From: Squalus acanthias | Lineage: Eukaryota | Reading direction: 5' to 3' | Length of the DNA: 64,000 nucleotides | Assembly: GCA_030390025.1 (NCBI GenBank) | Contig: CM059431.1 | Location: 98,148,001 to 98,212,000 of the forward strand | In this document: positions 12,725-25,264 of the stretch, piece after piece | Layout: the number at the start of each line of letters is the position of its first letter | Numbering within the stretch: the stretch's first letter is position 1 | Notes under the pieces: model-generated | The model's input: only the letters and a program-made list of their open reading frames with translations | The model's database searches: none | Told to the model about the DNA's origin: nothing | Made by a program: the position numbers and the translations under genes

Positions 12725-13930
12725 CCCCCCTCGTCCCTCCCTATCTCTGAGACCTCCTCCAGCCCTACAACCCTCCCAGATCCCTGTAACCTCCTCCAGC
12801 CCTACAACTCTCCCAGATCCCTGTAACAACCTCCAGCCCTACAACCCTCCCAGATCCATGTAACCTCCTCCAGCCCTACAACCCTCCCAGATCCCTGTAA
12901 CCTCCTCCAGCCCTACAACCCTCCCAGATCCCTGTAACCTCCTCCAGCCCTACAACCCTCCCAGATCTCTGTAACCTCCTCCAGCCCCACAACCCTCCCA
13001 GATCTCTGTAACCTCCTCCAGCCCCACAACCCTCCCAGATCCCTGTAACCTCCTCCAGCCCTACAACCCTCCCAGATCCCTGTAACAACCTCCAGCCCTA
13101 CAACCCTCCCAGATCTCTGTAACCTCCTCCAGCCCTACAACCCTCCCAGATCCCTGTAACAACCTCCAGCCCTACAACCCTCCCAGATCCCTGTAACCTC
13201 CTCCAGCCCTACAACCCTCCCAGATCTCTGTAACCTCCTCCAGCCCCACAACCCTCCCAGATCTCTGTAACCTCCTCCAGCCCTACAACCCTCCGAGATC
13301 TCTGTAACCTCCTCCAGCCCCACAACCCTCCCAGATCCCTGTAACCTCCTCCAGCCCCACAACCCTCCCAGATCCCTGTAACCTCCTCCAGCCCTACAAC
13401 CCTCCCAGATCCCTGTAACCTCCTCCAGCCCCACAACCCTCCCAGATCCCTGTAACCTCCTCCAGCCCCACAACCCTCCCAGATCCCTGTAACCTCCTCC
13501 AGCCCTACAACCCTCCCAGATCTCTGTAACCTCCTCCAGCCCTACAACCCTCCCAGATCTCTGTAACCACCTCCAGCCCCACAACCCTCCCAGATCTCTG
13601 TAACCTCCTCCAGCCCTACAACCCTCCCAGATCTCGGCGCTCCTCCAATTCTGGCCTCTCGCGCATCCCCCAGTTTCCATCGCCCCACCATTGGCGGCCG
13701 TGCCTTCAGCTGTCTAGGTCCTACAGTCTGGAATTCCCTCCCTAAACCTCTCCACCTCCCTCTTCTTCTTTAAGACCCTCCTTGAAACCCAGCTCTTTGA
13801 CCTTTGGTCGCCCCTCCTAATATCTCCTTCTTTGTCTCAGTGTTTATTTTTGTCTGATTGCGCCTCCGTGAAGCTCCTTGTGACATTTTTCCACGTTAAA
13901 GGCGCTATATTAATACAAGTTTCTGTTGTT
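12725..13930 (+). mobile_element. L2 LINE 3' end containing an internal 37-bp minisatellite
   Basis: After the array: ggcggccgtgccttcagc (GGRAFS), tggaattccctccct (WNSLP), FKTLLET; tail aaaggcgctatattaatacaagtt. Confidence 0.8.
12745..13634 (+). repeat. 37-bp minisatellite, about 24 copies
   Basis: Unit ctgtaacctcctccagccctacaaccctcccagatcc. Confidence 0.97.
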
Positions 13931-14809
13931 GTTTGGCTCCATCTCGAACTGCTCCCCTCCCTACAGTCAGTTAATAATCCTCTGCTCTCACCAGGAGGGT
14001 GCAATGTCCTTGAATGGTGTCTAATTGTATCGTTATAGAGCAAAATAACTTTGCAATTACACAATAGTGTGAGAGAAAACTTGGGCCAGCAAGCCTTCGT
14101 AGCCTTCCAAACCAGTTTTGCCTCACGTTAAATCCATGTCAAAGGTCACGAGGCACATATTTCATTGATTCATTCTCACTGTCTGGTATCTATTGGACGG
14201 TGTACTCTGACTATAAAAGGAGATGCACGCATAACAGGGATTGTTCAAACTCTGGAGTTGTGTTGAACTGGGAACCTTGCCATGAACTGGGACCAATCAG
14301 AACGCAGACACCTCCACTAAATATTTACATCTTTGTTGAATTCTTTCCTCACCGGTAGCTTTTTGGCTTCAGAATGTTGGGACAGTCCAATATAAATATA
14401 CGAACCTAACATAAGCAAGCTTCTGACAGAAGCAAATTATTGGGCTCCCATTTGTCAGTACCACTTTGAATCATTCCTGTTTTAGGAGATGTTCCTGGTC
14501 AGAACCCATTGCCTGAATCAATCGTATGCAACAGATTCCCTCTTAACTCACAGCGGAAAATCTTACCAGGGCCTCATTATTCAACCTTTCCATTCATTTA
14601 GAAGTTAACTGTACAGAAGTGTTTTATCTTTAAAGAAAAACCAGACATTTCTCTTAGTCTTAAGTTCCTAATACATAATCTTGTGAAAAAGCTCAATTGC
14701 CATAATGACAATGGGAAAAAATACTCCTACACGGAAATTCTGACGGAAAGGTTCGGGAAAAGTAACAAAAGGGAAGCGCGGTGTGTGTGCACGGTAACGT
14801 GAGCCCTTT

Positions 14810-16560
14810 AAAAACTGATGGGGGTAATATTGCAAATGAAAATAAGGAAATGGCAGACTTGTTGAATAATTACTTTGTGTCAGTCTTCACAGTAGAGGAA
14901 GAGGATAATATACCTGACATTCCAGGGAAACAATGATGAATCAAGGACTGGAACTCACTAAAGTTAACGCAAGCAAGAAAACAGTATTAGAAAAATTAAT
15001 GGCACGAAAGTCTGACAAATCCCCAGGACCTGATGGTTTCCTCCCCAGGGTTTTAAAGGAAGTACCTGAGGAAATTGCAGATGTTTTAGCCATAGTCTTC
15101 CAAAGCTCTCTCAATTCAGAAATTGTCCTTTTAGATTGGAAAATTGCAAATGTAACTCCATTATTTAAGAAAGGTGAGAGGGAGAAAAACCAGGAAATTA
15201 TAGACCCGTTAGTCTAATATGTGTTTTGCGCAAGTTATTGGAATCTATAATTAAGGACAGAGTGACTGAGGACTTTAGAGAAATTTGAGCTGATTAGAGA
15301 GAGCCAACATGGATTTGTAAAGGGTAGGTCATATCTAACGAACCTAATTGAACTATTTGTGGAAATAACTAAAGTAGTGGACAGGGGAATGTCTATGGAT
15401 GTAGTTTATATGGACTTCCAGAAGGCATTCGATAAGGTTCCACATAAGAAGCTGTTAGCTAAAATTAAAGCTCATCGAGTTGAAGGCAGATTATTGACCT
15501 GGTTAGGAGATTGGTTAGGCGGTAGAAGACAGAGAGCAGGCATAATGGGTATGTACTCGAATTGGAAGGAAGTGACTAGTGGTGTCCCACAGGATCTGTG
15601 CTGGGGCCTCAATCATTCACTATATTTATTAATGACTTAGATAACACAATAGAGAGCCGTATATCCAAGTTTGCAAATGACACAAAGATTGGGGGTATAG
15701 TGAGTAGTGTAGACGGGAACATAAAATTACAAAGAGACATTGACAGATTGAGTGAGTGGGCTAAATTGTGGCAGATGGATTTCAACGCAGGTTAGTGTGA
15801 TGTCATCTATTTTGGACCAAAAAAAGGAGAGATCTGAGTATTATTTAAATGGTGAAAAGCTAGGAACAGTGGAGGTCCAAAGAGATTCAGGGGCCCATGT
15901 ACACTGATCACTAAAATGTAGTGGTCAGGTACAAAAAAATGATCAGAAAGGCTAATGGAATGGTGGCTTTTATAACAAGAGGGCTAGAATATAAAGGGGA
16001 GGGGGTTATGCTGCAGCTATACAAAGCCCTGGTTAGACCACACCTGGAGCACTGTGAACAGTTCTGGGCACCACACCTTAGAGAGGATCTATTGGCCTTG
16101 GAAGGAGTGCAGCGCAGATTCACCAGAATGTTACCAGGGCTCCAAGGGTTAGATTATGAGGAGAGATTACACAAACTAGTCTTGTAATCCCTGGAATATA
16201 GAAGGCTAAGGGGTGATTTGATTGAGGATTTTAGGATTTTGAAAGAAATTGTTGGGCAGATAGAGAGAAAATGGTGGTGGGGAGAGAATAGGACAAGGGG
16301 ACAAAACCTTAAAATCAGAACCAGGCCGTTCAGGAGAGAAGTTCGGAAACACTTCACACAAAGGGTGGTAGAAGTTTGGAACTCTCTCCCACAGAAAGCA
16401 GTCGATGCCCGCTCAGTTACTCTGAGATCGATAGATTTTTGCTAGCCGAGGGGATATGGAGCCAAGGCGGGTAAATGGAGTTAAGATGCAGATCAGCCAT
16501 GATCCCGTGGAATAGCGGAACAGGCTCGAGGGGCTTAATGGCCTCCTCCTGTTCCCATGT
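14810..16560 (+). mobile_element. CR1 LINE, 5'-truncated, degenerate RT
   Basis: KSPGPDGFLPRVLKE, YMDFQKAFDKVPH, KFANDTK, LVRPHLEHCEQFW motifs; 3' UTR ending ctgttcccatgt. Confidence 0.92.
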
Positions 16561-17057
16561 GTGCCCACGTGTGCGTGCGCAAGAGAGAGAGATATAGAGA
16601 GATAGATGGCGTACATAATAGGAATTCGGCCACATGGATTTCCATTCACCCCACATGATTTTTCACGTGGAGAATCGTGCACAGCTCACTGATTCCCAAG
16701 CCCAAATTCACAGTATGTGCTTTCAGTTGGTGCTGCTTTGCCCCAGGAGCATGAAGTCATCCAATCTGCTCCATGGGCAGTAACGATTCAGTGTTTGGGA
16801 TAAAAGTAGATCTTCTGGTCGAGGGATAAATCTTATTTATCAGTGTCAGCCCTGGCTCAGTGGGTCCCTGCCCGATTCTCTGTTTAAACAACAAACAGAA
16901 GATCAGATACAGGTTCAGTATTCTCCCCGCCCAGTCTTCAGATACGTCCTGCCCGTAAGTGATGCTTGGAGACCGTCTAACCACTACACAGATTAGGAGA
17001 ATTGATAATCCTGCCAGTGGATGGTTTGACAATCTTTTGGGAGCTGATAACACAAGA

Positions 17058-18748
17058 ACACCACATCCGCTGGTTCTCCCTTATCTATTTTCCCAGTTAC
17101 ATCCTCAAAAAATTCCAGTAGATTAGTCAAGCACGATTTACCTTTTGTAAATCCATGTTGACTTTGTCTGATCCTGTCACTGTTTTTCAAGTGCTCAGCT
17201 ATTACATCCTTTATAATGGACTCTAGCATTTTCCCCACTACCAATGTCAGGCTTGCCGGTCTGTAATTCCCCGCTTTCTCTCTACCACCCTTTTTGAATA
17301 GTGGGGTAACATTAGCTACCCTCCAATCCATGGGTACAGTTCCAGATTCCATCAAATGTTGGAAGATGATCAGCAAAGTCAACATGGGTTTACAAAAGGT
17401 AAATCGTGCTTGACTAATCTACTGGAATTTTTTGAGGATGTAACTGGGAAAATAGATAAGGGAGAACCAGTAGATGTGGTGTGTTTGGACTTTCAAAAGG
17501 CTTTCGATGAGGTCCCGCATAAGAGATTAGCGTGTAAAGTTAAGGCACATGGGATTGGGGGCAAGGTATTGACTTGGATAGAGAACTGGTTGGCAGACAG
17601 AAAGCAGAGAGTAGGAATTAATGGGTCTTTTTCCGAGTGGCAGGCAGTGACTAGTGGGGTACCGCAGGGATCGGTCCTTGGACCCCAGCTATTCACAATA
17701 TACATTAATGATCTAGATAAGGGAACTAAATGTAACATCTCCAAGTTTGCAGATGACACAAAGCTGGGTGGGCGTGTGTGCTGCGAGGAGGATACCGAGA
17801 AACTCCAGGATGATTTGGACAGGTTGGGTGAGTGGGCAGAAGCGTGGCAGATGCAATATAACGTGGATAAATGCGAGGTTATCCACTTTGGTGTCCGATG
17901 GACCGATCCCTGCGGTACCCCACTAGTCACTGCCTGCCACTCGGAAAAAGACCCATTAATTCCTACTTTGGTGTCAAAAACAGAAAGGCAGACTATTATC
18001 TGAATGGCAATAGATTGGGAGAAGGGGAAGTGCAACGAGACCTGGGTGTCCTTGTGCACCAGTCACTGAAGGTATGCATGCAGGTGCAGCAGGCGGTGAA
18101 GAAGGCAAATGGTATGTTGGCCTTCATAGCGAAAGGGTTTGAGTATAGGAACAGGGGTGTCCTGCTGCAGTTGTACAGGGCCTTGGTGAGACCACACCTT
18201 GAGTACTGTGTGCAGTTTTGGTCGCCTTATCTGAGGAAGGATGTTCCTGCCATGGAAGGAGTTCAGCGAAGATTCACAAGGCTGATACCTGGGATGGCAG
18301 GAATGACATATGAGGAGAGATTGGGCTTATACTCGCTGGAGTATAGAAGAATGAGAGGGGATCTCATCGAAACATATAAAATTCTGACAGGTCTGGACAA
18401 ACTAGATGCAGGAAGAATGTTCCCGATGGTCGGAGAGTCCAGAATCAGGGGTCATAATCTAAGGATAAGGGGTAAGCCATTTAGGACAGAAATGAGGAAG
18501 AATTTCTTCACCCAGAGAGTGGTGAACCTGTGGAATTCTCTACCACAGAAGGTAGTTGAGGCCAAGTCATTAAATATATTCAAGAATGAGTTAGATATAT
18601 TTCTTAAAGCTAAAGGGATCAAGGGATATGGGGAGAAGGCAGGTACAGGGTACTGAGTTTGGATGATCAGCCATGATCTCATCGAATGGCGGAGCAGGCT
18701 GGAGGGGCCGAATGGCCTACTCCTGCTCCTATCTTCTATGTTTCTATG
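17058..18748 (+). mobile_element. Young CR1 LINE with an inverted 5' segment (17058-17371, minus) and an internal inverted insertion
   Basis: Near-intact RT (KFADDTKLGG) from 17372 to the stop at 18656; the upstream ORF2 part lies on the minus strand; tail ttctatgtttctatg. Confidence 0.93.
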
Positions 18749-18749
18749 T

Positions 18750-18985
18750 AACATAAGAAATAGGAGCAGGAGTCGGCCATTCGGGTCCTCGAGCCTGCTC
18801 CGCCATTCAATAAGATCATGGTTGATCTTCGACCTCAACTCCACTTTCCTGCACTATCCCCATATCCCTTGATTCCCCTAGAGTCCAAAAATCTATCGAT
18901 CTCAGCCTTGAATGTACTCAACGACTGAGCATCACCAGCCCTCTGGGGCACAGAATTCCAGAGATTCACCACCCTCTGAGAGAAC
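18750..18985 (-). mobile_element. CR1 3' end, tail-to-tail with the preceding CR1
   Basis: Minus strand SQRVVNLWNSVPQ..GIKGYG; begins acataagaaataggagcagg. Confidence 0.88.
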
Positions 18986-19480
18986 CCTGCTTTTGGAAAC
19001 AGATTTCCGGACTGGTGCATTATACATTCCATGTATCGCATTCCGTGCCCTGTAACCCACATTCCACATTCCACATCGGGCATTTTACATTCCACCGCCT
19101 ACATTCCGCACTCTACAATCAGCGGCCGGTCCCTGACTGTAAAGGAGTAGCTTTCCAGTGTTGCGATCGTGATGTTGGACTGGGGGTTATGGATGTCAGT
19201 GTACAAAAATAATCTTACTTCATATTATTCAAGCAAATTAAAATTAAAAGAAAGCTGGTTGGTCGATAAAGCATTGAATCAGTTATTTGGGGTTGTGACT
19301 AACATCACAGCATACATTTTACAACCAGTAATGCACAATGTTCTTGGGCTTAGAGTGGGTCTTATTCATTGGAAAATGGGTGGGAGATCCCTCGAGCCAG
19401 ACCTGTGCCCATTGTGTTCTATGTGCACTTCCGGAAACTTCTGCCCAATTCCGATGGCAGCTGGTCGATGGTGTGGTATA

Positions 19481-19800
19481 ACCAAGATATATGGAGACCA
19501 GAACGGTGCACAGTGCACCAAGTGTGGTCTAACCAAGATATATGGATACCAGAACTGTGCACAGTGCTCCAAGTGTGGTCTAACCAAGATATATGGAGAC
19601 CAGAACTGTGCACAGTGCTCCAAATGTGGTCTAACCAAGATATATGGATACCAGAACTGTGCACAGTGCTCCAAGTGTGGTCTAACCAAGATATATGGAG
19701 ACCAGAACGGTGCACAGTGCTCCAAGTGTGGTCTAACCAAGATATATGGATACCAGAACTGTGCACAGTGCTCCAAGTGTGGTCTAACTAAAGTTCCATA
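19481..19800 (-). repeat. 51-bp minisatellite (6 copies) derived from CR1 ORF2
   Basis: The minus strand of each unit encodes ILVRPHLEHCAQFW(S/Y)PY. Confidence 0.92.
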
Positions 19801-20384
19801 CAAGTTTGACTTGGTGAAACTGTGCACCAGGAGAAAGTCTTGGAATGTTTTGTACATTCTAAATCCCAAGTTATTGTTTGGCAAGAGACTGAACCCAGCA
19901 GTGTCTCCTCCCAGGCAGCAGAACAAGTCAGTAAAAATAGTTCTAATTTATACGAGAAAGTGCTTTACATCATTCCCACAATATACTTCTCCTTTATGCA
20001 ATAGTTTATAGAGGAAACGGCAGCAAAGTTGTTCCAGAATTCTGCAGTTTCCCCCCGAAGCTAATCAGAGACACTGTAACTGTTCACAGTAAAATAACAT
20101 CGAGTCTAATGATCGGACTACAAATAGCCAGAACCCACTGCACAGAACTACTCACAATTTAGCACCAATTGACATCAAACCAGGTCTCTGACTTACAAAG
20201 ATCATAAATACAGTGGGGGAGAGAGTAGATGGAGGGGGTGGGAGGGAGGAGAGATGGGGGAGATGGGGGATGGAGGGGTAGAGGGGGGAGGCGGGAGATT
20301 GGGGAGGGAGGGGGAGGGGTGAGATGGGGGTGATGGTGGGAGGGAGGGGAGAGGAGGAGAGGAGTGCCCTGGCCAACATTTAAA

Positions 20385-21046
20385 AAAAGAACTTGCATTC
20401 ATATAGCACCTGTCACGACCTTAGGACGTCCCAAAGTGTTTTACAGCCAATGAAGTACTTTTGAAGTGTAGTCACTGTTGTAATGTGGGAAACACAGCAG
20501 CCAAATTGCACACAGCAAGCTCCCACAAACAGCAATGAGATAAATGACCACATAATCTGTTTTTAGTGATGTTGGTTGAGGGATAAATATTGGCCGGGAC
20601 ACCAGAGAGAACTCCCCTGCTCTTCTTCAAAATAGAGTCAGATCTTTTACATCCACCTGAGAGAGCAGACGGGGCCTCGGTTTAACATCTCATCTGAAAG
20701 ACGGCACCTCCGACAGTGCGGCGCTCCCTCAGTACTGCCCCTCCGACAGTGCGGCGCTCCCTCAGTACTGCCCCTCCGACAGTGCGGCGCTCCCTCAGTA
20801 CTGCCCCTCCGACAGTGCGGCGCTCCCTCAGTACTGCCCCTCCGACAGTGCGGCGCTCCCTCAGTACTGCCCCTCCGACAGTGCGGCGCTGCCTCAGTAC
20901 TGCCCCTCCGACAGTGCGGCACTCTCTCAGCACTTCACTGGGAGTGTCAGCCTGGATTATGAGCTCAAGTCTCTAGAGTGGGACTTTAATCCATGACCTT
21001 CCGACTCAGAGGCGAGGGTGCTGCCCACTGAGCCACGGCTGACACT
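20385..21046 (-). mobile_element. Full-length Deu-domain SINE with about 7 internal 33-bp repeats
   Basis: tRNA-like head gtgtcagccgtggctcagtggg; Deu-like core gccgtctttcagatgagatgttaaaccgaggcccc; L2-type tail. Confidence 0.88.
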
Positions 21047-21224
21047 GATAAATAACATTTACCCCTCAACCAGAAACAGATGAATTTCATTGCTGTTTCT
21101 CAGATCCTGCTGGTGTGCCAATTGGCTGCTGTGTTTCCCTACATAATGAAAGTGACTGCACTCCAGAAGTAGTCCAGTGCTTATAATGATGTTCAGATGT
21201 TGTGGGGATATGATATGGTGCCGT

Positions 21225-22855
21225 GACAGCCACGGCTCAGTGGGGAGCACTCTCTCGCCTCTGAGTCAGAAGGTTGTGGGTTCAAGTCCCACTCCAGAGA
21301 CTCGAGCACAAAACTCTAGGCTGACACTCCCAGTGCAGTACTGAGGGAGCACCGCACTGTCGGAGGGGCAGTACCGAGGGAGTGCCGCACTGTCGGAGGG
21401 GCAGTACTGAGGGAGTGCCGCACTGTCGGAGGGGCAGTACTGAGGGAGTGCCGCACTGTCGGAGGGGCAGTACTGAGGGAGCGCCGCACTGTCGGAGGGG
21501 CAGTACTGAGGGAGCGCTGCACTGTCGGAGGGGCAGTGCTGAGGGAGCGCTGCACTGTCGGAGGGGCAGTACTGAGGGAGCGCTGCACTGTCGGAGGGGC
21601 AGTGCTGAGGGAGTGCCGCACTGTCGGAGGGGCAGTACTGAGGGAGTGCCGCACTGTGGGAGGGGCAGTACTGAGGGAGTGCCGCACTGTGGGAGGGGCA
21701 GTACTGAGGGAGCGCCGCACTGTCGGAGGGGCAGTACTGAGGGAGCGCCGCACTGTGGGAGGGGCACTACTGAGGGAGCGCCGCACTGTCGGAGGGGCAG
21801 TACTGAGGGAGCGCTGCACTGTCGGAGGGGCAGTACTGAGGGAGCGCCGCACTGTCAGAGGGTCAGTACTGAGGGAGCGCTGACCTGTCGGAGGGGCAGT
21901 ACTGAGGGAGTGCCGCACTGTCGGAGGGGCAGCATTGAGGGAGCGCCGCACTGTCGGAGCGGTAGTACTGAGGGAGCGCCGCACTGTCGGAGGGTCAGTA
22001 CTGAGGGAGCGCCGCACTGTCGGAGGGGCAGTACTGAGGGAGCGCTGCACTGTCGGAGGGGCAGTGCTGAGGGAGCGCTGCACTGTCGGAGGGGCAGTAC
22101 TGAGGGAGCGCTGCACTTTAAGGATAAGGGCTAAACCATTTAGGACAGAAATGAGGGGGAATTTCTTCACTCAGAGGGTGGTGAACCTGTGGAACTCATT
22201 GCCACAGAAGGCAGTGTACGCCAGCTCATTAAATATATTTAAGAGGGAATTAGATATATTTCTACAGGCAAAAGGGGTTAAGGGTTACGGAGAGAAGGCG
22301 GGGACGGGATACTGAATTGGAGGATCAGCCATGATCTCATTAAATGGCGGAGCAGGCTCGAAGGGCCGGATGGCCTACTCCTGCTCCTATCTTCTATGTA
22401 TCTATGTATCTATGTCCTGTCGGAGGGGCAGTACTGAGGGAGTGCCGCACTGTCGGAGGGGCAGTACTGAGGGAGTGCCGCACTGTCGGAGGGGCAGCAC
22501 TGAGGGAGTGCCGCACTGTCGGAGGTGCCGTCTTTCGGATGAGACGTTAAACCGAGGCCCCGTCTGCTCTCTCAGGTGGACGTAAAAGATCCCACGGCAC
22601 TATTTCGAAGAAGAGCAGGGTAGTTCTCCCCGGTGTTCTGGGCCAATATTTATCCCTCAATCAACATCACAAAAACAGATGATCTGGTCATTATCACATT
22701 GCTGTTTGTGGGAGCTTGCTGTGCGTGAATTGGCTGCCACGTTTCCTACATTACAACAGCGACTACACTTCAAAAAGTACTTCATTGGCTGTGAAGCGCC
22801 AGCGCTTTGGGACGTCCGGTGGTCGGGAAAGGCGCTGTAGAAATGCAAGTCTTTA
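21225..22855 (+). mobile_element. Full-length Deu-domain SINE with about 27 internal 33-bp repeats, interrupted by a CR1 3' end
   Basis: A box ggctcagtgg and B box ggttcaagtccc; array 21335-22525; core and tail 22525-22855. Confidence 0.9.
22118..22416 (+). mobile_element. CR1 3' fragment inserted in the SINE minisatellite
   Basis: LRIRAKPFRTEMRGNFFTQRVVNLWNSLP; tail (ctatgtat)n. Confidence 0.9.
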
Positions 22856-23685
22856 TTTTTATTTTTGGATAAACGCAAGCTCTTTCTTTTCTTTGAATCT
22901 TACTCCGTGCCAAACCCCTAAGAGCTCCTGTAGATATCGAAGTGGCCGCCCGAGCCGACTGACTGCCTGGGACACTGAAGGCCAGCCGGGAGCAGTAAGC
23001 TCTCCCATTGAGAAAGGCAGGCCTCAGGCAGTGAAGGCAGGCCTGAGACACGACTCTGCTGAAGCGCAGCCTCCTGACGCACTCCTCGTTCAGGGATGTT
23101 CACAATGCGGCAGGAGGAGCACTTCCCCAAAGGTCCATCTCCCATGTTCACGCTCTTCGCAGGCCGTGTTCTCCTGCTGTCTCATCGTCTCTATTGCCAG
23201 ACTTGATGGACACCCATTGCAGATTTCAATGATAGATGTCTCCTTAAGACAGTCTCCCCCCCATTTGGCCCCTCCCCATGTTTTAACACCCAGCTTAAAA
23301 TGGGAAAAATTAACAAGAGGATGAAGTAAATCCTGAGGAATGTTCTGTGCTTCGTGTTAATTGCTGCTTAACAAAGGCCTGAAGGAACCAGCAGTGAGTC
23401 TCTGCATTTGCATAGATTACAAATATTTACTCCCAGCAGCAATTTTAGGAGAGCGTGCAAAGGTTAACACACAGCCAGTGAATGCCAAGTCACAAATTAC
23501 TGTCCCTTAATGCACAATTAGTGACTGCACTACCACTGATACATTGAGCAACTTAAACCTGTGAGCTACAGAATTATGGAATCACTTGTAATTTAAAAAC
23601 AAATGGAATAGTTGAGGCGAATAGTGTGGATGCATTTCAGAGGAAGTTAGAGAAGCACATGAGGGAGAAAGGAATAGAAGGATAT

Positions 23686-25062
23686 TCTACCACAAGCCCA
23701 CGGACAACCTCACGATGCTCCACTTCTCCAGCTTCCATCCTAACCACGTTAAAGAAGCCATCCCCTATGGACAAGCCCTGCGAATACACAGGATCTGCTC
23801 AGACGAGGAGGAACGCGATGGACATCTACGGACGCTGAAAGACGCCCTCGTAAGAACGGGATATGACGCTCGACTCGTCGATCGACAGTTCCGACGAGCC
23901 ACAGCGAAAAATCGCATAGACCTCCTCAGAAGGCGAACACGGGACACAACCAACAGGGTACCCTACGTCGTCCAGTACTTCTCCGGAGCGGAGAAACTAC
24001 GCCATGTTCTTCGCAGCTTTCAACATGTCATCGATGACGACGAACACCTTGCTAAGGCCATCCCCACGCCTCCACTACTCGCCTTCAAACAGCCGCCTAA
24101 CCTCAAAAGTACCATCGTTCGCAGCAAATTACCCAGCTTTCAGGAGAACAGCGACCACGACACCACACAACCCTGCCACGGCAACCTCTGCAAGACATGC
24201 CAGATCATCAACACAGATACCATCATCACACGTGAGGACACTACCCACCAGGTACATGGTACATACTCATGTGACTCGGCCAACGTTGTCTACCTCATAC
24301 GTTGCAGGAAAGGATGCCCCGGAGCATGGTACATCGGCGAGACCATGCAGACACTGCAACAACGTATGAACGGACACTGCGCAATAATCGCCAGGCAGGA
24401 TTGTTACCTCCCAGTCGGGGAACACTTCAGCAGTCAAGGACATTCAGCCTCGGATCTGCGGGTAAGCGTTCTCCAAGGCAGCCTTCGAGACACACAACAA
24501 CGCAAAATCATCGAGCAGAAACTGATAGCCAAGTTCCGCACCCATGAGGACGGCCTCAACCGGGATCTTGGGTTCATGTCACGCTACATGATGTAGAGTC
24601 ATCCAGACTCGAGTTGTTGTTGGCTTGTTCACAGATGTGATTTCCAGTAAAAAAAGTATAAAGTTTAAAGTTTATGGTTTTCCATACAGACTGCAGCTTT
24701 TGACACATTAGACCCCCTGTGACCCCACCTCATTGTCCTAGTTGTATTTTGCTGTGTCTTTGATATAATGTCTTCCTGACTGACCTGATTGTTTCTCTGC
24801 CGAGGTGTAATAAAAGGCAGTCAGAAAGAATAACTGTAGTCGTCTGACATTGTACGCTGCACAGGCATTGTTCTCTGTCTATATATGATGTGCCGATTTG
24901 TATTCCTTCACTTCACCTGACGAAGGAGCAGCCGCTCCGAAAGCTTGTGATTTCAAATAAAACTGTTGGACTATAACCTGGTGTTGTGCGACTTCTCACT
25001 TTTGTCCACCCCAGTCCAACACCGGCATCTCCGCATCAAGTCCAACACCGGCATCTCCGCAT
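23686..25062 (+). mobile_element. Penelope-like element (second family), 5'-truncated, inserted in a CR1 3' end (about 23600-23685 and 25063-25170)
   Basis: YHKPTD..LHFSSFHP..IPYGQALRIHRICS; NVVYLIRC..WYIGET..GLN; terminal 24-bp direct repeat at 25013-25036 and 25039-25062. Confidence 0.92.
24913..24950 (+). ncRNA. Minimal hammerhead ribozyme (Penelope-associated)
   Basis: TCAC-CTGACGA-A-GGAGC(AGCC)GCTCC-GAAA-GC-TT-GTGA. Confidence 0.8.
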
Positions 25063-25264
25063 GATAGGGGAGATGAAGAGGGGTGGGAGGAGGCTTGTGT
25101 GGAGCATAAACACCAGCACGGACCAGTTGGGCTGAATGGCCTGTTTCTGTGCAGTAAATTCGATGTAACTATACAGTACATTCTCAATAAAGAAAAGTAC
25201 CTAAGGGTAAATTTCCTGACTGCTCACTCCTGCATGTAATCTCATTTGCAAGGAGTGCCTAATA

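Noticed and set aside
21225..21300. tRNA genes (also at 47715, 53303, 63410)
   Set aside because: The A and B boxes run directly into SINE bodies, and no complete cloverleaf is evident.
22716..23324. 202-aa ORF in GC-rich unique sequence
   Set aside because: Starts inside a SINE, has no recognisable domain and no convincing splice-site pair.
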